Source: Torpedo marmorata (lineage: Eukaryota). Taken from it: a stretch of DNA of 64,000 nt. Below the pieces are notes generated by a model. That model searched no databases. It had not been told where the DNA came from and was given only the letters and a program-made list of their open reading frames with translations. Position numbers and translations under genes: made by a program. The DNA lies in assembly GCA_977017645.1 (NCBI GenBank), contig OZ360231.1, positions 60,574,001 to 60,638,000 on the forward strand. The letters are read 5' to 3'. The first letter of the stretch is position 1, and each line of letters starts with the position of its first letter. Of this stretch, positions 50,521 through 64,000 are shown piece after piece.

Positions 50521-53500
50521 TCCAAAACAAACAACCGTAAATTTGGACATTTTGTCTCCACCAAACACCTGGGTGCACGGCGACCGAAAACAGGTCCGAT
50601 TTATCCGCTAGAGAATTACAGTTTCATAAAGTTTCTGGGCAACTAAATGAGAAGCGCTGCTCCCTGTCACCCGACCATACCGCGTATGTTTTAAAATGGA
50701 GCTGAAATGTTTCGGATTAACTGTTTGGCAGCTGTTGGCAGACTTGGCTGGTGCTTGAAATTCAATTAGAAGCAAATAATCGTTTTGTTAAATTTCCTCG
50801 CACATTTCTGCCATTGAGGATAGTTGGCAGCAAATACCTTAGGAACTACATTCTTACGACCACAACTTCTGAAGAAACATCAATATTCTGCGCATTATGT
50901 CGGTGTTTCCTCGCCTCTCAGTGCTTAATTCTCATAGCGCTTCTAAGTCCCCTTGCCGCTTTGAAATGGAGCGGAAAAGCGAACAGGAGACAACGACTGC
51001 GAAATGAGAAATAAAACAGAAACAACTTTACGTTTATTTACGTTATTCTCGGTGGCGCAGTATTGTGCACATCTAAGAGCGCTGAGAACGTGTTGGATTT
51101 ACTCGGCGGAATTTTTTGTCTGTGTCTGGATGAGTTAGATAATTGGTCACAGAAATTAAATGCAAAGGCAAAATTATAAAACAAAATCAGCAAACAAATC
51201 AATCGATACCACTTCGTATTTTTTCTTGAGTACCAAAAAATAGAAACTACTTTCGTTGGCCATAGTCAATACTATGTTTTAAGGTTTATATATATTAATG
51301 AAATCCACTTTGATTTGGGGTTACGGGGTCACTTTATGGGAGCAATGGCCTTGCTTAAAATATATCAGAGTTCAGCATCCTGCTGCGGGGTACGGGCACT
51401 AATGAAATGGATATCCGATTTAAAGCATATCATTCACAATATAAATTCTTAAGGTAACCCTTGATCAGAATCTGTCAAAAGGTGTTCAGCTGGCAAGGCG
51501 CGGTCGCGAAGTAAGAACGAAATAAAGTAGTAAAAAGGTTGGAAATGCATAATTACTCTTTCAGAATCTATGCCGGGACAGGTTACTGGTCTGGGCATAG
51601 ACCCGCTCTCTCCACCAGCGCCCTCCCCTCCCAAGAGCTCCCCCCTACCTCCCCCACTTCTCTCCCCCCACAACACATGCCGTGCATTTGCAAGATTTTG
51701 AGATCGGTTTCGAAATTTAATTTTTAAAGACCTGGTCTTGAATATGAACAACATTTGTTAGTTTACGACGCGATAAATATATTCATAAATCAAGTTAAAG
51801 TGTATTAATTGTTCTGTATTCTTATCTAATATTTCCTTGATATTCTTATCTAATATTTCCTTAATATTTCGAGAAAAATTCGGATTCCACTCACAAGTCA
51901 AGTTTTTAAATATTTAAACCCGTTATTTAAATAATTGTGAGAAATGGTTGTAGCGAGTACACATATCTTTGCGAGTTTGGTAGACACTTGCATATATTTT
52001 ATGTTCACAGATGATGTAACATTACTCCAGTCGATGCCATTATCTTGCCATTCCTCTTTCGCAGATTATGATGTTTAGACCCTTTCAAATTTGTGCAAGC
52101 CAACTCGACATTTTAACTATTTTCCTCTCCCATACAGTATTAATTTTACCCTTCCCGTTTCAAAGAGTTTCCCCCTCGTCCTACCAGTTGAAAAACGCTG
52201 GGTTTACACCAAGACACCTCTCGGTCAGCAAGAACGAAGGAAATTGAAACATTAAATAAAATATGATGGGAACTAAGGTAGAAGTGAACCGAATGGAAAT
52301 TGTCTACCTCCAGTATTTTATTCAACAGCGCATTTCAGCCAATCTTATAATAAAAAAGTATATGAAGATAATGGGAAAATACATTTAACGTTTCCATTTA
52401 GCTTGCATTTTATTGATGAACTCAAAGGTTCAGCGTTGCCACGACCGAAGAGCTGTGCTTTCAATAGACATGAGATTCGGTTTTATTCTGGTTTGTGCCT
52501 GTCACTTTGGATGTATTTTCAGTATAATTCACAAAGATCAAGGGAATAAATAGTTTAACTGAATCGCCTTCTCCCACTTCCCCCTCCCTCGGACGAATTA
52601 TTACTGAAAGAGAATTTAGAAATTACTGTACCGTTACATCTTTCAAGATCTGTGAAATCTCACACACAAAAAAACGAAGAGAATTGGGCGTATTTGACAT
52701 TATTATCATAACTTGGTGCAAAATGAAATGCCTCAGATCCGAAGCAAAGATCTAAGAAATGTGGAATTGATTAGATAAAAGCACTGAGAAAGTGATCAGA
52801 GAATAGAGCGCTGATGTAATCATCTACGAAAATTATCGTAATATGATCGCGATGATATCTAGATCTAGATCTGGATCTAGAGGATCTATATACATTAATC
52901 ACTGAAGTTGTTTCGGTCAGTTTTATAATTCATTGCATCACGTTCTGGAGCTGATAGGAAGCGCGATGCCTTGCGGCACAACATGCTGTAGAAGGCTGCA
53001 TTATATTTGCGTTTCTATGTACATTTAGTTTTGTATAGGGTATACATATTTATTGTACTATTAATACGTGCATATATCTTTATCCCTCTCAATTTAATAA
53101 CTATTCTGTTGTTTTTTTTTCACCACTGTCTAATACCAAATTACCCTATTTAATTAATTCCAGAATCTCTTTAGAATCTACAGATTAGGATTTGGAGCAA
53201 GTTTGGCGGCGACCCATGCCCCACATCTGTGTGTCCCGAACATTTAGTGCTGATCTATAGATGGAAGTTTATCTCCTTCCGGTGCTAATATTTTAGAATT
53301 TTTCAAACATGTTAATTTAGACCAGTACATTCACGTTAAGTCACGCCTGATATTTTCGTGCCCGCAGCTCTTCTCAATAAAATGAAATGCTCATTGGCCC
53401 AGAATCTATGGGGTTATCGAGGGCAAAGTGGTCACTGTGATTCCGAGTGATAACATTCTCTGCAGGTGAATAACGGTCTGATAATCCATGGATATTTTCC

Positions 53501-56500
53501 ATATTCATGTCTCCTAAATGTATTTTATTTATGTTACGAAATCAAAAGGTAGTCGTGAATATACTTGAAATAAAGTCTCTATGTTGCTGGCGTCACGTCT
53601 GACCCGTCGTCTATTTTATACTTGCTATGGAATGTAGCTGCGTCCCGTCAACTCCCCATTACGCTGAAGCTCACGGAATACATACAGTATTCACAAATGT
53701 GCCATTGACGTGGGGTGACACCGAACACCAGGCAGTTGTAAATCGCGCAAGAATGATTACTATGCATGTTGCTGAGCCCCAGGCAAAGTCGAATCAAAAG
53801 TCCTATTGCTTAGGTATGATTGAGAATTCTGGTAGACGGTCAATTATACGCCTCTGCTTCTACACAATCTTACACAGATCTCATGCAAGCTCGCGCGGTG
53901 CTCAACGGATCTGATCGGGTGTTTGGTATCTTCACCACATTCTGCTTGGTTCTAAATAAAGAAAGCCACAGAAAGAGAGAACCCACCTTTCCCTGGTGTG
54001 CAAAATAATCACAAGAACGCCCCTCAAAGGCAACGGGTTCTTCTGGAAACGCCGTCGCTGTTATAGGGCACATAATGCAGTCAATTGACAGGAGGGCCCA
54101 GACAGACCATACACGAACGAATAACCAGTCAGCTCACCTTTATTTTGGCTTTGAAGGGAGGATGACTGTTGGCCCGGGAGAGCTCCGTACATTGAGATTC
54201 ATGTTTATACGATCTACCGGAAAAAAACCCCAAAAACCCGGAATTAGTGGGTATCAAAGAGTGTGTCGACTTTTGTCCACTTCTAAAGTGATGACCGAGG
54301 GGAATGGGGCTGGGTTTAAACATTCAGCTCCACTCTCCTGTTAGGATGCCAGAAAGCCCGGAATGATCGCTACATTTAAATGATTCTCCCAGTATTTATT
54401 CTCCATGGTGCGTGGTTCAGTGTTTGGGGAAGAGAATTGTCAAATATGAATAAAAGATTAGCAGCCCAACGGAATCACATCAATAACTGATAAATGTTTT
54501 AGATAAAATGTATAAGCCGTATTGCAGTCAATGCAATTTTCTGGATTAAAATAATCACGAAGGGGCCACTTTCTCTGGCCCCATGAAGACGTCAAACAAA
54601 ATGAATCGTTCCAGAAAAGCATTTCTTGCCGGCATCCCGGTCGCGCGCTTGCCGATGTCAGTTAATGTATATTGCTGCATTCCGTCCGTTGAAACCTCAG
54701 CCCTAACTCACACTGATCGAATTTCTCCTTCTGTTGATGGAGGGTTAGTGGACAGAGCGTAGAAAAACGCGGAGCAAATGACATGAGAGAGAGAGAAAAA
54801 AGTTAAACAGATGAAACCAAGTTTAAAGGCGTTGATTCAATTTGTTGTATAATGTCGACCTGTCAGTCACAGCGACTTTACGTCTCCTAGCTCAGATCAC
54901 TTTTATCAGGATTATCTGGACCTGAATTAATCTACGTGTGGCGTTTCTCCTGCTTGGGTTGGAGGTGGTTCTGGAACTCTTCGCTTGCTCAAAACCGAGG
55001 CCACTCGGAACATCATCATTTACACATTTCTGTCCGTATTAAATAAATGTCACAGTTATAAGTGAAAGCACACAATCAGAAAGTATTTTTTACATATTGT
55101 TGTAGAAATTATTTAATCTCGGGTTAGGTCGGGCTGGCACTCTTAATCCGACATCGACCCCAGTTATGTGACCAGGAACTTCATTGTAATTCCATTGATC
55201 CTTTGGGATAACTAGTTAGGATGTGAATTGTTATACAATTGATGGAATAATTATACTTTACAAAATCGGAGTCGGGGACCTGTTCATTGGGTGACATTAT
55301 CAAGGAATTTAACAGCTCCGTGTTTGCTCAGACATACGATGCACCCAGAGAAGCATCAGCAGTAAATGAGTTAGACACGGGCTTGTGGAGCTGGGACCCG
55401 CGGGGCGACGGATCAAGTGCTACAATTCAGGCTGAGGTTCAGAAGCTCTTTTTCGACTGCTACGGACACGATGGGCCAAAAGTCATTCTCCGGAGCCCTA
55501 ACAATTTTAACCGATTCTATGTTTCTTCAAAAATATTTCAGGAGTGCTATCTCACTTATTTCAAATTAAAACCATACATCCTTTCATCTAACAAAAAATC
55601 GAATTATAATTTAAAAATCAATTCCGCAAATATGTTCTTTGTGAATTTAACGGATCCTATTTGAAATCGAATTAACCTCGCCTTGGTTATTATAGTTCTG
55701 GTACTGGAAGTGGTTGAGCTCAATAAAGGAAACGAACTCATTCTGCAGACAAGCTTTGCAAACTCAAACCATTCCAATATTTATCTGCACATTTTCCTTT
55801 TAATATCTAGTTATTGGCGGTGCTGTCGATTTTTTATGTATCATTTAAGTATTGCAGCTTACATTTAGTATTTACGGTGCTTTTAAATTAAATTCAGCGA
55901 GAAGCGCCGCCCGATAAATGGGACCGACTGAATCGCGTCACTGTAAAGTTACGTTCAAAAAGTTAAAGAGGGCTGTGCACTCATCGGTGCTGTGTGAACG
56001 AATAAACAGGAGCGAGACGGACAGAAGGTTAAAGATCGCTTCGACTATTGAATTCCCACCAGTAAGTAGGGGAGCAAGTGTGCTACAATGATCAGATGCC
56101 GAACTCACCTTTGCTAATGTATTCGGATATATCGCCTGAAATTATATACAATCAATAAAATATTTCAAAGTGACATTTTATTAGACTTATCTCTTATAAG
56201 ATTCAAACACCTGTAAATTACAGCCGAACTTTTAAAATCACTTCAACATCTCCAACTGAATTTCTATTAACGGTACAGTTAGGCAGGCAATTTTTATTTA
56301 AAGCCTATATTTTATGAATTATTTGACGGCATCGAACTGCTCAATCTATTTAGCGTTCGGCATTACAATTAAAGGCTATTTTTCTTGGACGGCGGTTGAT
56401 ATTAGACATATGAAACAGACGAGCTTCGAATTTCCTGTGTTTCAAACCCCGGACCCTTTGTATCCTTCAGTGATTTTTGTTTTATATATCTACTAAAGTT

Positions 56501-58218
56501 ACGGGAGATAAAGTGAGAACTAGTTTGAGCTATTCCCAGATTCTAGGTTACGTGTACTGTATATGCAGAGTCTCTGGTAATACAGGCATTGTAGCAGTCG
56601 CCAATGGGCGTTTCTCGTATTACAGGTAAAGCAAGCCGTCATTTGGACAATTAATTACTGTAATCACAACAGGCAATGTTACGGAAACCAATCAACGGAT
56701 ACTAAGTCATTCCAATTCATATTCTATATTTTCCAAAATTGTTCTAACAATTTCTGAAGGCTAATTGGAAAAGAGTTTAACGTATTCCTAACCAGAATCA
56801 CAACATGGAAATCCTGTAAATATCCAAATTAATCCAAGGAAAACAATACGAGCATAAATTTAGAGAAATCAATAATAGAAATAGAAAATGCCGGAAAACA
56901 CTCAGGCCGGACACCATCTGTGGAAAGAGAAACAGTCAACAATTTCAGGTCGAAGATTCTTCATCTGAGTACAAGGTCACGGAGACAGACGGAAGTCCCG
57001 CCGAGCGAGGGGCAGTGCAAGGCTGGCGCTCTTGGGGGAGAATATCGCCCCGAATTCAACAGGGAATGAACATCAAAAACGGCAGATGCTGGAAATGTGA
57101 AATAAAAACCAAAAAGTTGGAAACACTCAGCGGGCCAGGCAGCATCTGTGGAAAGAAAAAAATAAAAGTTGATGTTTCAGGACGGATATTCTTGATCAGT
57201 ACTGGGGAACTGAGAGAGAAAAAAAAACATTAATTATCGATTTAACAAGATAAATGCTGTTGTGACCACTATTTTATAATCAAATGGGCTAATATTTGAT
57301 GCAGTAAGTGTTCACAGAAATATCGTTTATTTTGTTCAGTAAATCTCTAATTAACCGTGACTATGGTTATGAATTCAAATAGTTAATTAATCTGAGGGAA
57401 TCCGTGGGTCCGTTGCGCAGAGCAGTCCTTTCCCTCGGATCCATCTGCACAAGAGGGAGATTGAACACGCTGTGGTGTCCTCTACCGGCTGAACAGCGTC
57501 ACGCGGCAATGATCGTTGAAAACAAACTGGATTCGTAATCTGCGCAAATACTGTCAGGGGAATCGCGCCTGTACCTTGTGCCACAACACTGGGATAACTT
57601 TTAATGCCTCGTCACACGCAGCTCGGTTATCAGTGCCACAGAAGTGAGCAAGAAGACCAAAATCATCCAAACGGTCGGCGAGGGCCAGACATCAGATCAG
57701 AGCACTCCTCCGGTCGATCTCGCAAATTCTTCCCCATGAACATCTGGCTGCCTCTGCCCAAATTGTGAGATCCCCCCGCACAAATCTCCTCGATCATCAA
57801 CCGAAAAGAATGCTGTTCGCTTCCCGTATTTTCCGGACAGCACCCGATTCTTTAATTGTCATCCTTTGGAATATTTGGTGATATACTCAATGGAAGCGGG
57901 GATAGGTCACTGGACCCCTGGAACCAGCTCAGCAAGGTCAGGCTGATCTGATTGCAATCTCAATTCCGTGTTTCAGCCTGCTTCCAGTAAGCCATCGTCC
58001 CCTCGTTTTATCAATTTATCCTCTGCCTGCTCTTCATGTGAGGAATTGTTCCTTTGTGTGTGGCAATATCTTCACCAGATGCAGGAAACAGACGCAGCAG
58101 TCAAACAGGGCAGTTATTTGGGGTAGCATTATGACAAATTACTAGACCAGGCAGTCAGAGGACGGAGCTCAAGATTTAAAACGAAAATTCCAAAATGATC
58201 TTAAATCCAGCTAATTAA

Positions 58219-59570
58219 ACTATAGACCAGTAGCACTCACATCAACAGTGATGGTGTTTTGAAAGGCTGGTGTTGAAGCAGATCAGCTCCTGTCTGAGCG
58301 GCGATATGGATCCGTTCCAATTCGCCTATTGTAGCAACAGGTCTACGGTGGATGCCACCTCACTGGCTCTACTCAAAGGTCTGGAACACCTGGACAGCAA
58401 AGATGCATACATCAGGATGCTCTTTATCGACTACAGTTCGGTATTTAACACCATCATCTCCTCAAAATTGATCAGCAAACTCCAAGACCTGGGACTTAAC
58501 ACAGCACTGTCTAATTGGATCCTGGATTTCCTTACCTACAGACCACAATCAGTGAGAACATCTCCTCCGCAATTTCAATCAGTACCAGAGCACCACAGTG
58601 CTACATTCTTGGCCCCCTGCTCTACTCACTTTACACCTACGACTGTGTGGCTCGGTATGACAACAACACCATCTACAAATTCGCGGACGATACAACAGTA
58701 GTGGGTTGTATAAAAAGGGGCGATGAGTCAGCATACAGGAGGGAGATTGAAAACTTGGCTGAATGGTGCACCAACAACAACCTTGCACTCCATATCACCA
58801 AAACCAAGGAGCTGATTGTTGACTCAAGGAAGGGAAAACCAGAGGTGTACGATCCAGTGATCATTGAGAGCTCAGAGGTGGAGAGGGTGCACAAATTTAA
58901 GTTCTTGGGAGTCTCTATCTCAGAGGATCTTTCCTGGACCCAACACACTCATGGCATCGTGAGGAAAGCATGTCAGCACCTCTATTTCCTCAGGGGTTTG
59001 TGGAGGTTTGGTATGACATCTGAAACCCTGGCAAATTTCTACAGATGTGTGGATGAAAGTGTGCTGACCGGCTGCATCATGGTCTGGTCATGGCCTGAAC
59101 ATAAATCCCTGCAACAGGTAGTGGACACAGCCCAGGACATCACAGGCAAAACCCTTCCCACCAACAAGAGCATCAACAGGGAACACTGCCTTCAGAGAGC
59201 AACAGCAGTCATCAAGGATCTTCATCACCCAGCACATGCTCTGTTCTCACTGCTTTCCATCAGGAAAGACGTATATGTGTCACAGGACTCGCACCACCAG
59301 GTTCAGGAACAGTTGCTACCCCTCCACCATCAGACTCCTCAATGACAAACTCAATCAGGGACTCATTTAAGGATACTTACTATTGCACTTTATTGTTTTT
59401 TTCTCTCTGTATTGTAGTCAGTTTGTTTACATTTCTTTATTTGTTTACATGTGTACAGTATTTGTTTGCACTACCAATAAGCGGTAATTCTGCCTGGCCC
59501 GCAGGAAAAAAAATCTCAGGGTTGTATGTGATGTCATGTATGTACTCTGACAATAAATCTGAAATCTAAA
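58219..59570 (+). mobile_element. Rex1/Babar-like LINE, RT fragment with 3' UTR
   Basis: [39 protein letters not shown]; ends CAATAAATCTGAAATCT. Confidence 0.88.
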
Positions 59571-59756
59571 TTCTTTTAAACAAAAGCTACTTTCAGTTGT
59601 GGTGACAACAAAATCGTTGGAATGTTGTAAAAACTCACATTTTAGAGAAATAAATCTGCTGTCCTTTCCAGCTTACAGTAATTTCAGGCCATGTGGTTGC
59701 TTCTGAAATGTTATCTGAAAGGGCCTAGTCCTATAAGGGTTTATTTTATTTTTTAT

Positions 59757-60011
59757 TTTATTTAGACATGCAGCACGGAAACAGGCCATTTCGGCCCACG
59801 GGTTCGTGCTGCCTAATTTACCCCCACTCAACCTACACCCCCGGTACGTTTTTGAAGGGTGGGAGGAAACCGGAGCCCCCGGATAAAACCCACGCAGACA
59901 CGGGGAGAACAGACAAACTCCTTACAGACACCGCGGGATTCAAACCCCAGTCCGGTCCTGATCGCTGGCGCTGTAAAGGCGTTGCGCTAACTGCTATGCC
60001 AACAGTGCCGC
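59757..60011 (-). mobile_element. tRNA-derived SINE (V-SINE/HE1-like), nested in an older repeat
   Basis: Same family; AGGGT duplicated on both sides. Confidence 0.88.
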
Positions 60012-60193
60012 AGGGTAACTAGGAATGAAAACTAAATGTTGACTTCGCCACAATGCCCACACCCTGTCAATGAGTGAAGAAAAAGATCTTGGAGGAGACA
60101 GTTAGAAATCCCCTGGCTCTATTTTCATCAAATCAGATGAATAACACAATGGATATTATACCTAATATGGCCAAGTGCAGCAACAGGTTTCTT

Positions 60194-61471
60194 TAAAAAA
60201 AAATATTTTATTTAAAATTTGTAAATCACATAGTACATAATATAAAATGCAAATTATCAAAATACATGTGATACATTTTCACCCCCCCTCCCTCCCTCCC
60301 CTCCCTAACCCTCCCACCCTTACTAATCTACTAAAATAAAAAAGAAGAAAGAAATAAAGAAAATAAAGTAAGGAGAATGTCAATCTAAAAAGGAACAACT
60401 ATAAACTAATTTTATTGTGGAAGGTAGGTTCGCCAGTCAGATCTGATATCCAGAGATCTTCAAATCCTTAAACCAACAGTTTTTATATATGGGCTCCATA
60501 TTTTCAAAAAGAAATGGTATTTATTACATAAATTATAAGTAATTTTTTCAAGTGGTATAGCTGAACGAAGTTCTGCATGCCATCTTTCTAACCCTAAATC
60601 TACATCAGATTTCCATGTAATAGCAATGCATTTCTTAGAAAGAGCTAAAGCAATTCGCAAAAATTCTATTTGATACATATTTAATTTCATCTTAATACTA
60701 ATTCTTTTAATATCTCCAAACAAAAATATCATAGGATCCATTGGGAGTGTAATTCTTAATACTTTGTCTAAATTTTTTTAAACTTTCAACCAAAAATCAT
60801 ATATCTTTGGACAAAGCCATGTAAAATGTAGAAAAGAACCTTCTTCTCTATTACATCTAAAACATAAACCTGATAATGTCGGATTAAATTTCTTTAAGTT
60901 TTTTGGTGTTAAATATAATTGATGAAAAAAATTATATTGAACTAGTCTATATCTAACATTAATAATCTTCGTCATACTTTGTTTACATAATTCTTTCCAA
61001 TATTGTTCGTCTATTGTTACATTGAGATCTGATTCCCATTTTAATCTTGATCTATGAATTCCTAATTTAGGCATTTTTTTCTGTAACAATCTATACATTA
61101 GAGAAATAAATTTATTTACACCTCCATTAGTAACTAATAATTCCAGTTCACTTTGTCTTGGTAAAGTCAAACTATAACTCAACCTTTCAACTAAAAATGC
61201 TCTAATTTGATAATAAGCAAAAAGTGTATTGTTTAACACATTAAACTTTTCCTTCATTCTTTGAAAAGTAATAAATTTACTAGCTTCAAAACAATCATTT
61301 ATTTTCTTAATTCCTTTTTTGAACCAAATTTTAAATAATTATCAACAGTAAATGGAATAAGCTTATTTTGATATAAAGGCATTTTTAGAGAAATTACCCC
61401 TTTCCCTCCTATCTCCCTATCCACTCTATTCCATATTTCTAACAAATATTTGAAAATAGGAGAATTTTTCC
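60194..61471 (-). mobile_element. L1/Tx1-type LINE 3' fragment
   Basis: CFRC...HFTWLC remnant; exact 16-bp TSD CAGCAACAGGTTTCTT (60178-60193, 61472-61487). Confidence 0.9.
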
Positions 61472-61854
61472 CAGCAACAGGTTTCTTGTGGCAAAGGTAA
61501 ATCAAGGTACACTTTACTTTAGGGTTCCACTGTTGCAATAGCATCTTATAATAGGCCGTTATTGAATTTTAGAGCCTGGGTGGGCAGTGAGAGGGGTCTG
61601 TGGCTCTGTTTATGGCCCAATGCTTCCATACATCTTCAGCCCAAACCATTCTTCTCTGGAGCATCCCATTACCAATGAAACTATCTGCCAGAAACTTTAC
61701 TTCCTCCTTGTAATTCCCATATTGTTTGGGACAGTAGAAAACGCAGAAGCCACGGGGTGTTGTCAGATCCCAAATGCAAACACTGATCTTTGGCAAAGCT
61801 GCTCCGGACTTTGATGTGGAAAATTGTTCAGGAAGGTTCTATTGACCAGAAGCA

Positions 61855-62400
61855 CAAGAACATAAAAAATAGGAGCAAAAGTCCTGCTCCGCCATTTAAT
61901 AAAATTATAGTTGATGTGGCCATGGACTCAGCTCCACTTACCTAACTTTCCCCATAATCCTTAATTCCCACACCAAAGATCTATTTTAAATATATTTAAT
62001 GAGGCAGCCCTTTATTGGTTCCTTGGGCAGAGAAATTCCACAGATTCCCCACTCTCTAGGAAAAACACTTCATCATTTCCATCCTAAATCCACTTCCCCG
62101 AATCTTGAGATTATGTCCCCAGTTCTGGTCTCGCCTACCAGCAGAAACAACGTTCATGCCTCTGTATATATCCTTTTCATAATTTGATGTGTTTCTGTAA
62201 GATCCTCTTTTATTCTTCTGAATTTTAGTGAGCATAATCCCAGGCAACTCAATCTTTCCTCACAGACTAACCCCCTCATCTCTGGAATCAACTTGGTAAA
62301 CTACCGCTGCACCACCGCCAAAGCCAGTGTATCTTTTCTCAAGTAAAGAGACCAGAACTGCATGCAGTATTCAGGTCCCCACAATTACCAGCACAATCCC
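61855..62400 (-). mobile_element. CR1 LINE 3' fragment (related piece at ~16175-16440)
   Basis: AGAACATAAAAAATAGGAGC tail; GHNLKIRG remnant in ORF 62056-62247. Confidence 0.75.
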
Positions 62401-62440
62401 CACCACCACTTATTGGTTAATTCCAAACAATTGCAAATAT

Positions 62441-62690
62441 GGGCAGCACGGTCAGCGTAGCGGTTAGCGCAACACCTTTACAGTGCCAGCGATCGGGACC
62501 GGACCTGGGTTCGAATCCCGTGCTGTCTGTAAGGAGTTTGTACGTTCTCCCCGTGTCTCTGTGGGTTTTCTCCGGTTTCCTCCCACCCTTCAAAAACATA
62601 TCGGGGTGTATGTTAATGGGGTGTAAATTGGGTGGCATAGACTCGTAGGGCCAAATTGGCCTGTTACAGTGCTGTATGTCTAAATTTAAA
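62441..62690 (+). mobile_element. tRNA-derived SINE (V-SINE/HE1-like)
   Basis: A-box-like CAGCGTAGCGG, B-box GGTTCGAATCC, core GTAAGGAGTTTGTACGTTCTCCCCGTG...CTCCGGTTTCCTCCCAC, CR1-like tail. Confidence 0.9.
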
Positions 62691-62805
62691 AAAAAGCAAT
62701 AGAATAAATAATCAGCAATACATCTCACTATACATAATTACTATTGGCATTGATTAGATTACCTTTCATGCAATTTTAGACTTGTCACAGACATGGACTC
62801 AGGCA

Positions 62806-62930
62806 CTTGCCTGAATTGTACTCATACCTTGAATTAGGGCTCAGGCCCGAAACGTCATTTATATGTCCTTACCTCCTATGGACGCTGCGAGACCTGCGGA
62901 GTTCCTCCATCATTTCTGTGCGTTTACATA
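62806..62930 (+). mobile_element. Penelope-derived terminal fragment (single arm)
   Basis: CATACCTTGAATTAGGGCTCAGGCCCGAAACGTC...GGACGCTGCGAGACC, homologous to the right arm of 46708-46903. Confidence 0.72.
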
Positions 62931-64000
62931 TGTGGACTCAACAGTGGAATAAAATGAATGCCTTGTTCTCAGTATCAGTGTTTGACCACGGGATAGGCAT
63001 GTTTGTTTACAAGCATAACACAGAATGCCAGTAATGAGATTCAAAGGAGGTTAGACACTTTTTTTTTTTTATATAGTCTTCATGATCAAGTTAGATTCCA
63101 CATCATTAATGAATATGAACATCAATGCTCTTTCAAAAATCTATTATGTTCTATTTTGTGCATAACCAAAATACAAAGGAAAATGGGGAGTGGCTGTTAT
63201 GAGCAAAAGTAAACATAATTCTTATGAAATCTGATTATTTCTTTTACAGATATAATATTTTCCTTCATTGGCTGTTGAAAATTGTTCAATGTCAGAGACA
63301 AGTTTTTAATAAAACTTAGAGGAACAACTGGCAGTGATTTGAAAAGGTCAGTTAGTTTTTGCTGGAAGAGTAACTCTGTGTATTTAAAGTTTTCCTACAT
63401 ACACTTAATTTGGCCTGGAATTGCACATCTGCAATTTCTCCAGGGGTTCTTTCAATCTCCCACTGTAATTACAACTGAAGACTGGGAAACCCTTGAGAAA
63501 TGGTAAACATTTTCCATGTTGTTGGGTAGATCATAGTTAAATAATGGAAAATAAGACAAGGCAAGTGCCCAAATCTGCAGCACAGGTGCTTAGCCACAAC
63601 ACAATATTGTCAGGGGCCAATCTTTGTTGAGTGAAGTGGAATGCAGATTGGTGATACAGCTAATTCTTTTGTGTTTTTGCATTTCATATGCATTTCAATG
63701 AACTATCCACATGAACAACTTAATGGGAATGGTAAAATAATAAGTAAATAAAAATAATGAATTATAAAAAAGAGAACCAGCCAGAAAGCCACCCCTGAGA
63801 AACAAAGCCAGAGCTTTGACAACTTGGTTAGTTACGATATCATGTATATTTTTATTTGAAGATTTTAAAAGAATAACATTGATTATAATTATTTCATTTG
63901 GCCATTTTGGCTGAAGATGTGTGGAGACACTTCTTTGTAATAAATTGTTCGGTTCCATCATGGTAGAGGACGAAAATGTTCATTCCTTACCCAAGACTGC

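Larger units (their letters stand above)
46350..57900. promoter_or_regulatory. Large CpG-retaining domain around TBX15 exon 1
   Basis: CpG is visibly frequent in unique sequence here and depleted in the flanks; estimated by eye, boundaries approximate. Confidence 0.7.

Noticed and set aside
62441-62525. tRNA gene
   Set aside because: A/B boxes run into the SINE body seen in many copies; it is a SINE head.
57900-64000. Neighbouring gene such as WARS2 (adjacent to TBX15 in other vertebrates)
   Set aside because: No matching exon recognised; the region is mostly repeats.

Overview
Eukaryotic vertebrate genomic DNA, most likely a cartilaginous fish (inferred from V-SINE/HE1-like, Deu-SINE-like, CR1 and Penelope repeats). 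The only host gene I can support is the 5' half of TBX15 on the minus strand. Four coding exons (49866-50067, 15677-15902, 9697-9798, 4635-4806) have GT-AG boundaries and join in frame; they encode the N-terminus (eh1 motif, NLS) and the first part of the T-box. Later exons lie beyond position 1. A large CpG-retaining domain surrounds exon 1 (~46.3-57.9 kb) and a second lies in intron 1 (~34.7-37.5 kb). The rest is mostly decayed mobile DNA: CR1, L1/Tx1 and Rex1/Babar-like LINEs, tRNA-derived SINEs, a solo LTR, and Chapaev3-, hAT-, Harbinger- and Zisupton-like DNA elements. The most notable structures are (i) short, often palindromic Penelope-derived insertions with target-site duplications and minimal hammerhead-ribozyme motifs, and (ii) a composite hAT MITE made of two inverted mini-MITEs around a captured spacer. 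I see no clearly new biological system; these are variations on known families. Most ORFs in the supplied track are spurious or repeat-derived. All family names come from motif recognition, not database searches.
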